Of a stretch of 64,000 bases of DNA, positions 36,349 to 48,330 are shown one piece after another. The position numbers and the translations under genes are program-made. The notes beneath the pieces are model-generated. The model made no database searches. It saw only the letters and a list, made by a program, of their open reading frames with translations, and was not told where the DNA came from. Source of the stretch: Oikopleura dioica (taxonomy: Eukaryota > Animalia > Chordata). Positions within the stretch are counted from its first letter, which is position 1. Every line of letters begins with the position of its first letter. The stretch is taken from the NCBI GenBank assembly GCA_907165135.1, contig OU015570.1, positions 2,625,929-2,689,928 of the forward strand, given 5' to 3'.

Positions 36349-37863
36349 ATGTCCGAGTTTGGCGTCTCTATGATGCCTGTTGAACCACCACCAGATGATT
36401 TATGCGCACTTGGTCCAGCGCCAAGCGTCATGAATATCGATTCTATTGATGCTGTGTCTAACTATGACTTTGACCCCAATGAAGCTCCTGTTAATCTTCT
36501 TCAAGTACCAAGGTTTTTATTCGTTCAAGATTGATTGAATTAAAGTTAATTTTGCATTTCAGTGTTCTTGATCTCGAGAGACTTGATAATCTAAATGAAC
36601 CGCTTGGCACAGCTCCGTCAATTCTTAATATTGACACCATTTCTGTTTATTCCCACGATGAGGTTCAGGCGAATAACTCTGAACTGACTGATTTAACGGA
36701 GGTTTTTATGGTCGAGTTCCAAGTGTGATGAATCTTGACCAGGGTTTCGAAAAATTGGCAGCCATGCGGCGGCGAGGATTTATTCATACTCCGCGCGCCC
36801 TTCGCTTACGGCCTCCATTCATTTTTCGAATCCACGCTCTGGCGGCAAAGCCAGCCGCTGGCCGCTGGATTCCACTGGAGACCGAATTTCAGCCTCGGAT
36901 AATGTAAAATTCGGACTGGGTCGCGTTAACGCAAGATGAATCACCAAGTGGCCGCTGAACCCTGGCGGCCAGCGGAGGTGGGTCTCTAAGAGGTGGAAAC
37001 CAAAAGAGTATGAGTGGGTTGTGGCTGCCGCCTGGCCTCGTATTTTTCGAGACCCTGATCTTGACCATATAAACACAATGAACGAATGCGTTCCAAGTGT
37101 ACCGTCTTCATCAGATTTCGACATAATGAACGGATGCGTTCCAAGTGTACCATCTTCATCAGATTTCGACATAATGAACGAACGAGCGCCTTCTGTGCCA
37201 GATATAAGTTCTCTTACGATTGATGAGGATTCAGAAATTCAATTATCGACGTCTTCAGTGAATGAATTAGGAGCGGAAGCAGATTGCTCTTCGCACCTGC
37301 AAAGTTATGGTCATGAAAATGTGAGTGAGGATATACAAGATTCCGACTACACTTACAATCATGTCAACGGGACAGAAATTCAAAATTCGATGGACACACC
37401 GGAGAATCAATATCTGCAAGATCACGAAGAAACGATGGAAATGATAAAACAATCGCAAAATGGTCACCTTGAGGCGCTTACGAAAACTGAAAATGTCACA
37501 CGATCACGCTTCCAAAAAATCGCACGCAAACCAAGCACTCATAGACCAAGTCTTCTTGAGTGCAGTCGGACGAAGAATTTTCCATTAACCAGAACAAATT
37601 CTTCAACTCGTTCCCTAAGAAACGCGTTCAAGAAAGAATCAAAAGCAAAAACAACAGGCTTAAGGCAAGCTCTGGCAAGAAGTAGGCTCCGCGAGATCGC
37701 CGCATCGGTCGAAATCACCGATCAACGGTCTGCAGACTCTCTAAGAGAGCTTAGTTTTCTATCAATGACTGATAAACTTGCCACGAAAATAATCAATGAT
37801 GTGACAAAGATAATATCGTCAAAGAAAAAGTCAAAATTAGGTGATATTCTCTCAAAGGTATAA
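36349..37863 (+). pseudogene. Acidic low-complexity multi-exon ORF of the large transposon, interrupted by a MITE
   Basis: Repeated motif PS(V/I)(M/L)N(I/L)D x3 and VPSVPSSSDFDIMNE repeats; excising 36740-37057 restores GRVPSVMNLDHINTM. Confidence 0.6.
36740..37057. mobile_element. hAT MITE (318 bp)
   Basis: TIR CAGGGT(T/C)TCGAAAAAT; 8-bp TSD ATCTTGAC at 36732-36739 and 37058-37065. Confidence 0.93.
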
Positions 37864-38204
37864 TCGTTTTTTAAGAATTTTCTAACATTCTTAAGCTGAA
37901 ATCTTCTCCCGCTTTTACGGCGAAAGAAGCAGAAAAACTTTTTGCAAAGTTTTTAGTTAAAGAGCTTAATACAAAAAGGGTGGTAGGCGGCCTTTTGAAC
38001 AGACCTTCAAAGAATGAAAAATATTTTACCTAAAAATTTTTCTATCTTTACTTGTCTGCCCAAACGACCGCTTACAACCCAATAGATACAATGGACCGAC
38101 GTCTCGTCCATCGATTAAATTGTCCAATTATAAAGGTGATGGGTCCTAGCAGCGCTCAGGCCCGACCGTTCAGAGTATCATTTCAAAATCTCGATAGAGA
38201 TCTC

Positions 38205-38274
38205 GGCGAGTTGATCCAGTGGTAGCACACCCCGGCCGGACGCGGGAAACCGTTGTTCAATCCCAGGACTTGTC
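38205..38274 (+). ncRNA. tRNA-like pseudogene or SINE head (Asp/Gly-like)
   Basis: 7-bp acceptor stem GGCGAGT/ACTTGTC; A-box-like TGATCCAGTGG; CCCG..GCGGG arm resembling tRNA-Asp; B-box GTTCAATCC; TTTTT just downstream; D and anticodon arms imperfect. Confidence 0.5.
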
Positions 38275-38493
38275 TAGCTTTTTAGCTTGAGCGCTGTTAA
38301 AATCCATCAAAGGATACTCTTGTTGTCGTAAATGTGGAAATAATTTTCCAACATCTTCTACTGCCTCAGCATTTCATGATCATGTTAAAATATGCTCTGG
38401 TCGAGTCTGCACAGGAAAGATAATAATTATCAGGATTGTCTAAGTATGCTGTGTTCTTATCAAAAATAAGATTGCAAAAAGCACTTTTCTTCT

Positions 38494-41400
38494 TTGGATT
38501 TATACAATAATCACCTTGGTAACTGTACGGCTTCCGTCACAAGCAAAGACTATGATGTGAAGCTATTGAAGAGAAAAGATGCCTACAAATGCTGTGGAAG
38601 TCGTCCAACAAAACAGAATGGCCGGGTAAAACGACAGCATGAGATCAGACAATGCGTTTTGCCAACCTGCTTTATATGCTGCCAGAGGATCCCATTAGAG
38701 CATATTGAAGACCACGTGAGTAATCACAAAGATGACTTCGGCTCCGGTCTAGTTCAAGCTGTTAGAGAAGAACCTGTCAGGGTGCAAAAATCATCTGAAG
38801 AGCCTTATCTTCTTGAAAATCAAGAGGCACCGCATTCATCAAAAAATTTGCCTACAGTGTTAACGAAAAATGTCGAGGCAAGTGAGCAGATGCTTTTTAT
38901 GCCTCAAGAAGTCGGGATTCTATCAAAATCAACGATAGAGCATTTGGATGCTGACGTTCGTCTCGAAAAAATATCACGCGCCTCTAGAGAAGAGGAAGGA
39001 AGTGTTGAACAGAACCAAGAGCAGGAACTAAACATTCAGCCTCGCTCTATTCTTAAAAAGAATAAAACGACGAATTCTGAGGAAGATGACTCTGATCCTG
39101 ATTGGATAGATGAAAATCCCGCTGAGCGGCTTGAACTTGAAAAAGAAAACTTGATAGGTGCACTTGAAGAAATTGCCAGTACATCTTCCGTTCCAAGTAT
39201 TTTGGAAGCTCTGTCAACTTTGAAAACAACCGAGGAAATTAAAAGTGAAATGCAAAACCTGAGTGAGCAGAATCAAAATACTCTCATCAAAATGCAGCTT
39301 TTACCAAGGTTTGTGAAGAGAAAATTTTATAAAAGAATAGAACAATTTATAAAAGATTATAATTCTAGTGAAATAATGAAAAATATGCTTGACAAATCAA
39401 CTTGGAAAAATGAGAACGTGATTTTAAAAGCGGTATTAAAAGAAAATAATTCGCAAGAAAGAATTCATGTTCTTTCCTCGACATTTGGAATTAAGGACCG
39501 GTCAAAAAGTCCAAAACAATATTGATAGAGTAAATGGAAAAACACCCTATTATAAATATCGGAAAGTTGAGCGACCTCGCTTTAGAAAAAGAAACTGAAG
39601 AAGCTTGCAGATGAAAAAGAATCTGGGGAAAATTATGCCAATTTCAATCAGATCAAATCCGCGAATATTTCATTAGATTGGATTATAAAATTAATGAATT
39701 TTACGATCTCCATCATGTCTATAATCCTATATTTGTTTCGGCAATAGACGCATTTCTTGACGAGAGAGCTTTCATTGATCCGAGTCAAAAGAAAGCAACT
39801 CTAAGGGAATCCTTAATTCTTGACCGCACTGTCTTGAAATATCTTCGTGAAAAATGTGATACGCGAACCCATAAAATTGACTTGCTACGACCAACGACTC
39901 AGTCTCTGACCACTTCGAGAAGAATACTGAAAAAAACTCTTGAAGAACTTCACGCTGAATTTATTAGTGAATATCCACAGCTTACACACCTAACTTTGAA
40001 GGAGTTCAAAAGTATGACTCCATTTTACTACATTCCGCCCTCACGTACAACGCAAGTTGTATGCGCCTGCGAGATAGGGTCTTAAATCGTGAATTATTAT
40101 AAATTTATTGTCACTGTAATGGAAATCACACCATGATATGATTAAGACCATTTATTAGTCCTGCCTTAACAAGGGAACTTATGAGAAGGCTGCGCAGAGC
40201 CTTGGAAAGAAATTAGGACAGGAGACTCTTTTCTTAGATATCACAGTTCATCGCAGAATCCGTTAACAGGTCCTAACAAGATCTTGAGGATAAAAAAGCC
40301 CCCCTCCATAAGACGTTCCCGCATTGGCAGGCTTCAATTTCAAAGAAATCTTGGAAAGGAGCACCTGTGCAACAACGGACAAACAATATTGTGTCACTGA
40401 TCGTAAAAAGAAGACAAGTTGCTTTGTTCACCCAAAAAAATTCAACATCCTGCAGCGACTGCACTCACAAGAGTTGCGTTGGTCCGGATGAATTTATGGA
40501 AGACTTTGATCGAGAAATATTCGAAAAAGTCGTACAAATGCATCCTGACGAGACCGTTGCCTTTGACAGATTCGAACTCCTCAAAGCTGGAGTTAAAGCT
40601 GAGACAGCTTTTGTTTCTGGTAGCGAAACTCGCGGTAAAATGCCAATACGGCAATTCTTCGATCAGCTTAAAAGTATGACGAGAGAAACACTTGCCCATA
40701 GCATCGACAAGAGCAGAAATAAAGAAGATCTTAAAGTATATGAACATGGAGATGTTAAGCCAGGGAGTCTTCATCTTGAGCCGAGGGTCTTAAATTGTAT
40801 CGAATGAATACGTCAAGTGTGTCTATAAGCAAGAACTTTCTGAGACCCGTGGAAAGCTTGACTACGCCTCGACGTTTGTTCTTCAAAATAATACTGCGTC
40901 ACAGTTCGGGATCAGAAAATTCATTAATTTCGCTTGGCTTGTTTACATGAACCCTAAAAATAGCATGAATATCTTCAAGCCGGGCGCCTTGGATTGAATT
41001 GTAACGTTTTAACGGCGGTCGCTCGATGGAATGAAAACGAAATACAAAAAATGCAATACTTTCATTTTCTTATGGAGAAGAAATTTGCCGGAGCGCCGAT
41101 TGAGGCGGAAAAAATGATTGTTGAAAATTTTAAAAATCGAAACATAAATTTCACAGTCATTAACAGGATTTCTGAAAGGGTTCGAAAGGGTTAAAATTTG
41201 CATTTTAATGTTGACGATAATTCCATTATGGCTCGTCGGTAGGTAATGGTCTATTTCGATCTTGCGGATTTATAAGATCTTTGAATTTCCCGAACCCTGT
41301 TTTACATAATGCGAGCTCTGAATTCAAATCGAGGGAACATTTTCACCATGCCATTTCAAATAACGATGGCCTGCGGAGAACTTATATTTTCAAAACCAGC

Positions 41401-41991
41401 CGCCATGGAAAAGGTATTTTTTCCGCGAAACTAATTCTAGAATTCTGAGGCCTCGTCGATGGCGCCCATAGTCACTGCGCTACCACGATAAAAAATGCGA
41501 AACTTGTAAATCGCTGTGGTACTCTTGATGAATGCCTCGGATTCTTGAAGGAAAATGAGCAGAAGCTGCGGACAGAAGAAAAAGAAAAACGCGCAAAACA
41601 AAATTTTGCTGGGCGAGAATATGCCATTCTCAAGAATAAAAATGAAGAGACCACGAAATCTTCCGTAAATCTCAACATACCGTCAATTAAATCGATTCGT
41701 ATGATAAACTTCGACGCAGCAAGAGGAGCTCTTTATGCAAAAGACATAGTCTGCAGCTGCGATCTCTGTTCCAGTGGAAAAATTAGTCTCTGTGTTCGAA
41801 ATTCTGGAAACACATTTTCCAGAAAAATCGGACAGAAAGACGGAACAATAATTATTGATAATAAAAATCAGCCTCAAAGAAGACCCGTCAATCTTCGAGA
41901 ATTATCAAACAAACAAACAATCAGCGATTACGTCTACTCTGCAACAGATATTCAAGCTCAGTTAAGGGTTTTAACGACCGAACGTCATTAA
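38494..41991 (+). pseudogene. Intron-containing DDE/D-type transposase (tentatively Sola2-like), with lesions
   Basis: FKSMTPFYY..TTQVVCAC (39678 ORF); EYVKCVYKQELS near 40810; NASSEFKSR at 41307; RHGKG|LVDGAHS across a 36-bp GT-AG intron at 41414-41449; N-terminal Cys/His finger. Confidence 0.68.
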
Positions 41992-42205
41992 CTAAAACAG
42001 GGCTATATGCTCTAGAGAACCCTGATTAAGATTGCGCTCTTAAGATTAGAAAATACAAATAAAACAGTCAGTATCCTCTACCCTGTGGCCCGCCAAAGGT
42101 GTGACTCTAGAGCTTTAAAACCTAATTTTCTGTTTTTCTTAAGCGAAATATCAAAATCTTCTCTGAAAGCGGAAATTTCCAAAGTCCGGGGTCAAAATCG
42201 TTATC

Positions 42206-42667
42206 TTGTCCGAATTTAAAATTCGAGAAACAGATTTTTGCTCATATCCTACATCTTCCGTCGGAAACATGACTCAAGGCACTTATAATGACCCAAGCCT
42301 TAAGAAACGAAAAAAAATTTGTGCACCATTATTGCTGTCATCAAAAGATGAAAACCACGCGGCACTCTTGATCGTTAATGTCAAATCTCGCTCAGTTACT
42401 GTCTATGATACAAATGGGGCTATTGGAAATTATCAAAACGCCATTGATAGTTCGAAAAAAAAACTTCTTGATACTATTGGAAAAATTCTGAATGATCAGG
42501 GCCCTTGGAAGAAAAAACGCGAAAATGTTCCGCAAACGAATCGTGATTGCGCGGTCTATGTGCTCAACAGGTTAAAAAAAATCTTTAAAATTATTTGTTG
42601 CTTAAAATTATTTATAAAAATTATTAAAGAATTGAGCAAGAATTCAAAGCTGGAACACCAGAAATAA
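42206..42667 (+). CDS. Ulp1/SENP-like (C48) cysteine protease domain exon
   Basis: NHAALLIVNVKSRSVTVYDTNG ... PQTNRDCAVYV gives the His-Asp-(Gln)-Cys order and spacing of Ulp1 peptidases. Confidence 0.75.
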   Translation: MSEFKIRETDFCSYPTSSVGNMTQGTYNDPSLKKRKKICAPLLLSSKDENHAALLIVNVKSRSVTVYDTNGAIGNYQNAIDSSKKKLLDTIGKILNDQGPWKKKRENVPQTNRDCAVYVLNRLKKIFKIICCLKLFIKIIKELSKNSKLEHQK

Positions 42668-43235
42668 CATCGTCGAATATTCTTGAGATCAAGGAAAATC
42701 AACTCAAAAAAATTAAGTATGGCAATATTAATAAATACAGTTCATAAATTTAAGTCATTGGGTGTGCAATAAAACAACTCCATCAAAAAGAGTCGCACAG
42801 CATTCAAGTGAAGTCAATGCTGAATCGAAAAGAGTCCGTTTTTCCTGATCTGGAAATATCACGATTACATTTTTTTTCCTCGTTGTTAAATACAAATATT
42901 CCTAATTGTTAATTCTTGTTTTTGAAATTCTCTTTTCTGTGAGTAAAAGAAAGGCAAAAGAAAGAAGAAATCAAATCATTGAATTCAGAATGCTTATAAT
43001 TTTTTTTATTGCCCGTGTGACTATAAAATAAAACAGCCATTCTTCAATCAAATCCTGAAACACAGAAGATATTTAATATTTATCATCGATTCAAACTGTC
43101 TGTATGTTCTCATAACGGAACATGGGTGATGCCTCGACACAGGTCAGAAAAATGAGCGCAATATCTATGTTAGAAAAATGGAAAACTAGTTAATTGAAAA
43201 ATTGTTTTCTCCATCTTAAGCGTAAAATATAAGAT

Positions 43236-43608
43236 CGGCTGCCCGTTTAGCGCCCCGTCGTTATCTATTTTTCAGAGACCCGTCTAATCTGAACGATGAA
43301 TTATATTCTTCGATTTTGTAGAGCTCCGACTTCTTCACTTTTAGTCTTCTATTTCACTTCTACTTTCCTTTTATTTCTAGTCTGAGTTTCAAAATAAATC
43401 TTTAGATTTTTATAGAGGGCTTTGAAAGAGTCGCTCTCATTCCGAGACTTTGACCAAGTTATCCCATTTTGATATTTTCAAATTGTTTGTATAAAAGAAT
43501 AGGCTTTGATGATCATAAAGCAAAAATAATAAAGATAAAATCATTTACCGTTCAGATTTGACGGGTCTCTGAAAAAACGGTCATGGCGGGGCGCTAAACG
43601 GGCAGCCG
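43236..43608. mobile_element. MITE with ~60-bp TIRs
   Basis: cggctgcccgtttagcgcccc..ttttcagagacccgtc..aatctgaacg and its reverse complement at 43549-43608; TSD unresolved. Confidence 0.7.
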
Positions 43609-44244
43609 CGCTCAGCCGATGTTCTATCCATAATATCCATGTTCTATCCTTAATATCATACATTAGTTATGGAGTCTTTATGGTTCAAAGGGCATGAACG
43701 AGAGTGCTGGCGCCGACCATGTTTCTTCGGATACGAAAAAACAAATTTCCTTCTCGGAGATTCACAGGACTGTTTGAATATAAAAAGATGATAGAACAGT
43801 TAGGTCTACGCGGAAAAAATACTTTAATGGGGGCGTCCTTATGGAGAGATAATTTTGAACACATTTTCTTAAAGCTCTTGATATGCCTGTTCAGAATCGC
43901 GAATAAACATCATATCGGGGGTATTGGGAATTCGAGAAAAATTCGATTTTATGGTTTGTGGGCCTCTTTTCGGCGGCCATCATATCTATATCCCGATGCC
44001 CCCGATACAATTTTTAATCGCGATTCTGAATGAGCATCTTGAGATCTTTAAGTAGACGCGTAAAAATTTTCAAAATATGAGGGTGCGACCTGCTTTTGGT
44101 TTTCCGCGGAGTCCCCTTATATATGTGTTTCATTAGCTAAAGTAAGAAATTATTCAAACACCACTTTAGATAAAATATTTCGGAAAACACAAATTAAAGA
44201 AAAAAAACTGGATTATTACGTCATATTCTGGTGCCTGTTTAACT

Positions 44245-44918
44245 GAATTAGCAGTCCTGATGAAAGTAGGACAAATCTGCGATGAGGAAAGAAGACCAAT
44301 TCTTCAAATCAAGAGCCGGAATGCCTGGAACTATGGTGAAAATCTACCGGAGAGATTTTTATGCGAAAATTGCCATACAAATTGTCATTCGCGCGTCTCC
44401 GGAACAGTTCTAGTCTATGCTGGACACAACAATATTCTGAAGGCATCAACACTGGCATTCCAAGATGTTGACCTAGATAAAGCAATTCAGGATAGTTCTT
44501 TCTCTATCTAAATCGTCGCAAGAACATTTTTTTTATCTATGTCCGATTATAAAGATAATTAACAAAATAAAAATAAAAGAACTTTTCAAAGGTTTTACAT
44601 AGAACCCTTACATCGCTGTTTACGAATGCAAGAAAAATCCTCTTTGTTCAACCTTTTCCACTTGCTAAGCCGCTTAGAACAATTGAAGAATCAACACAAA
44701 AATGGCTCAAGAAGATATTAAGTGCAAAAGTACCTAGCTTAGCTAACTATTATCGAGTAAAACAGGAAGAGGTTTTCATTTAATTGGAAATAGAACTAAA
44801 AAATTGAATGTTTTTGAGTACCGATTCTTCAGAAGCCTCAAACAGCATTTTTTTTCGCCAGATAAAGTTCATCTGAAAGACAATTATGCTCGTCAATTAA
44901 TCGTCTCAATTATTCAGG
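44245..44918 (+). CDS. SGNH/GDSL-hydrolase-like multi-exon gene
   Basis: VLVYAGHNNIL (block III-like), ARKILFVQPFP, FFSPDKVHLKDNYARQL (DxxH block V); a possible block I (IFIIDSN) lies near 43075. Confidence 0.55.
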
Positions 44919-47779
44919 TAAAATTGAGGATACTCATAGAAGCTTAGATTTAAGGACCCTGCCCCCGGCATCATTCTTTTCGAAAAATGGATATTAAGCA
45001 AACAAGTCCTTAAATAAAGAATATTTTACAGTAACTTCAAATATCTTACTATCTGAAATCTTTGCCTTTTAAATTATTTTTAATAGAGCGTCGAAAAACA
45101 AATTTTAACAGCGAATGACAGTTATCCAGAACCACGGAGTCTTCCTAAACGAAAGAAAGGTATTTATAAACATGAAAAATATGGTCGAAATCCTCAGTGT
45201 TAAAGTTTCAGATCGTCAAACAATCTTCTTTGACTGCTCTAAACTCTCTCTTATGCCGTCGAGAAAAAAAAGTAATTGCTTGTATCTTTATTTTTTAAAT
45301 TTTAAAAATATTAAGGAAATTTTCATCGCAGAATGCCTGGATTTTCTGACTGAGAAGATTTTTAAAAGAAGAACAAAACGAGAAGGAACAAACACAACAT
45401 GCCTCATTCTTTTTAGTTTAAAGTGCTTTTTTATTTGCATCTTACACATATGCACGGTATAAAAATTATTTTTTGTTTTTAAAATTGATAAAATAATCGT
45501 TTTCATGTTTCAAATAAATAAAAATATGTAATTTACCGGCAAAAAAAAGTTGACCTCAAATGACCTCAGATGACCTCAAATGACCTCAAGTGACTTTAGA
45601 GCATTATTTGATTAATTTTTTGTAGTTTGTAATTAAATAAAAGTATATGCTTTATATTTGCAAAATTAATGCAAAACTAATCCTCAAAAAAAAATTTTTG
45701 CAGCCCAAATGTTGCCCGATCTGCTTCAATTTTCGCGAGCACATAGATTCGACTATAGAGTTTCCGAAAAAAAATAGAAAAAAAAATTTGTTATGGAAAA
45801 ATTTTGCTCTACGAGCAGTTAAAATTTCGGAATTTCCACCTCTGACAAGTCCAAATCTCGAAAATTTCAAAGATTTGGGCAGACTGTAAAAACGTTTTTT
45901 ATACAGTTTGAGAAGCTCTTTCAGATGAGCCATTCAGAAAAAAAAATTTTTTTTTCACCCTGCCACAATTGGAGACTTCTACCCATGTCCTAGTTAGTAT
46001 CGGATAGGGTCGGGTAACATTGCCAATACATTGGTAGAGTGGGATCGAATCCTGCCTGGACACTGTTATTTTTATTTTCTATTGGTGGAACCGCGGGCTC
46101 GCTCGCAGTGAAAACTCGAAACGCGTCGCGGCAAAAGCTTCTCGCCCCGGAGCGTCACCATCAGAGTACGACTGCGCGCTTGAAAGTGGTTCGTTCCTGA
46201 AATTTTAATTCTTCCGAAGGTCATTATCTCGGAAACGGAAGGGATTGGAAAAAAATTAAGAACACAATTACAATACCCCTTTTTTCATTCATAACTCTCA
46301 GAACTAAATTTTGGTCCGATTTGCGTTCGGTCCCTAGGGCAAGCTCGATTTAAGAATGAGGCTGCAAAAGTCATACAATAGAATAAAGCACTACATCTCT
46401 CCACTCCGATCTTTAGAATTTTCATATCGTGCCTACGAGCTGAATTATTAACACTCGAGAATTCCATTTGAACCATTCGAAGAATCCCGATATGGTTCGG
46501 GCATATCTCGAATGGTTCGGGAAAATTCCGCCGCCGTGCAAAAAGAAATTTGAAAATGACTCAAGTGTAGAATAAAAAACGCGCGCGTAAAGTAGCACCA
46601 CCGAACCGGGCGGCAAAGGGCGGCGCAAGGCTGTGCTATTCAATAGCCCCCATTTCAAGTGTACATAAGTAATACTCGGATTGGCACTATGAAAACAAGT
46701 CCACTAAAAAGGTCAAGGTCTCTACGACATACAGTTTTTGATGGAATTTTTGGACATCAACTTTTGGACATTTTTCTAATTTGAACTAGTTTCCTCGGGA
46801 CTTTTTTTAAGTGATTCTATGAAATTTATGGACAATTTTGTTCACCAAAATTCTCTTTTTTTTCTGTCAGTTAGTTTTAGTTTCTGATCAAAAATATAAA
46901 TTTTCTATAAAAAGATAAAATTAAAGGTTGATTCCGTGCCCTAGAAATTTTATTTGTCTTTCGAAGGAAGATTAAAAGGTTACGATCGAGTTCTTCCTCA
47001 AAAAAAATTTTTATAGGCGATTTTGGTGGGACATTTCTAGGGAGCGTGTATCAATTTTTTGGAGAAAACCTAGCAACGAAAAATGATTTCTTTTTTTGAA
47101 AAGACCACGGGCTTATCAATGAACTAGGGCTGAAACTGTCAATCCGAATATTTAAGGTACTTATGTATACTTGAATTCTAGCTTATGTTTTTCGATCAAA
47201 ACTTAGAAAGAAAATAAAAACTTTGGTTCGTATGCCAAATTTTATCTAATTTGAATAAGAAATTCAGGCCTCCTACAAAAGTGACAAAATAGCGCGTGGC
47301 GCTCACTCGGCCTTGTCCCTTAAATCGAGTAAGTCATTGATATCGGTTTATTAAAAAAAATATCAATAAAGAAAATGCGATCATTATTCTCTGAAATTAA
47401 AACAAAATAGTTCAATTTAAAAATAACTTGATCAAATACAGTGAGTTTTTCCTCTTTGTAAAAATGAGTTTTCGCGGGGCACGTTTTTTCATGTAAATAA
47501 GCATATACTGTATATATAATATACAAAGTTGATAAATGAAGTAAAGGAGTTTATTTGCAGATCGATTTCGGTCAAAGGACCATCTTCAGTGCAGAGAACT
47601 AAACTATCTGAAAAAGTAACCCAAACATAACTACCTACCGTCTCGGAGTTGAGGACGAACTAGTATTCGTTGAGCAAAAAATAACTGATGCTCTCCAGTG
47701 TTCTAGAGATAAACAATAATTTGGAATTTTTAGTGATTTTCAGAGGCACCAAAATGGTTTCGGTACTTTAATTTAATTA

Positions 47780-48105
47780 CTTAAGGCTGTTTTACAAAAA
47801 TATACCGCATTTCGATGTTGCGATAAAGAATACAGACAGCTACAGGGTCTTTCGATGGGCGACTTAGTGTCTCCGAAACTTGCCGATCTGTTTTTAGACT
47901 ATTTAGAACGTAAATCAGTTGATCAGTTCATTCAGTGCGGAATCATTCATTCATACAAAAGGTATCTTGATGATACGTTTTTAGTGTATAAAAAAGGACA
48001 TTTAGATGAAATTTTAAACGTCTTTCAAAATTTAAATGAAAAAATAAAAGTGACAGTCGAATATCCGATCGAAACAAAATTAAAATTTTTGGATTTTGAA
48101 CTCTT
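47780..48105 (+). pseudogene. Penelope-like element reverse transcriptase fragment
   Basis: YRQLQGLSMGDLVSPKLADLFLDYLE..YKRYLDDTF..KVTVEYP..KLKFLDFEL matches the PLE RT motif style. Confidence 0.85.
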
Positions 48106-48106
48106 A

Positions 48107-48330
48107 TTTTTGCTCTAAGCCTTTACTGATAGAACAGAAGGATAGCTTTTCGAGACTTCTCATTTTGCTCTAAGCCTTTACTGATAGAACAGAAGGATAG
48201 CTTTTCGAGACTACTCATTTTGCTCTAAGCCTTTACTGATAGAACAGAAGGATAGCTTTTCGAGACTACTCATTTTTGCTCTAAGCCTTTACTGATAGAA
48301 CAGAAGGATAGCTTTTCGAGACTACTCATT
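48107..48330 (+). repeat. 55-bp tandem repeat x4 abutting the RT fragment
   Basis: tgctctaagcctttactgatagaacagaaggatagcttttcgagactactcattt starts at 48111, 48166, 48221 and 48277. Confidence 0.93.

Larger units (their letters stand above)
32360..45982 (+). mobile_element. Large DNA transposon (13.6 kb) with ~480-bp TIRs and a multi-gene interior
   Basis: TIRs 32360-~32845 and ~45505-45982 start GTAGAAGTCTCCAATTGTGGCAGG; 5-bp TSD CCATG at 32355-32359 and 45983-45987; internal transposase-like exons on the plus strand. Confidence 0.88.

Noticed and set aside
45987-46056. tRNA-like sequence right of the large transposon (GATCGAATCC, GTCC..GGAC stem)
   Set aside because: D and anticodon arms do not form convincingly; needs a covariance-model score.
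21250-46336. TAGGGACCGAACGCAAATCGG at 21250 and its reverse complement ending at 46336 as ends of one 25-kb element
   Set aside because: The 8-bp flanks differ (CCAGCCGC vs GGGCAAGC); more likely separate truncated copies.
48121-48140. Hammerhead ribozyme core in the PLE-adjacent repeat (CTGATAGA)
   Set aside because: Does not match CUGANGA, and no GAAA/stem arrangement is present.
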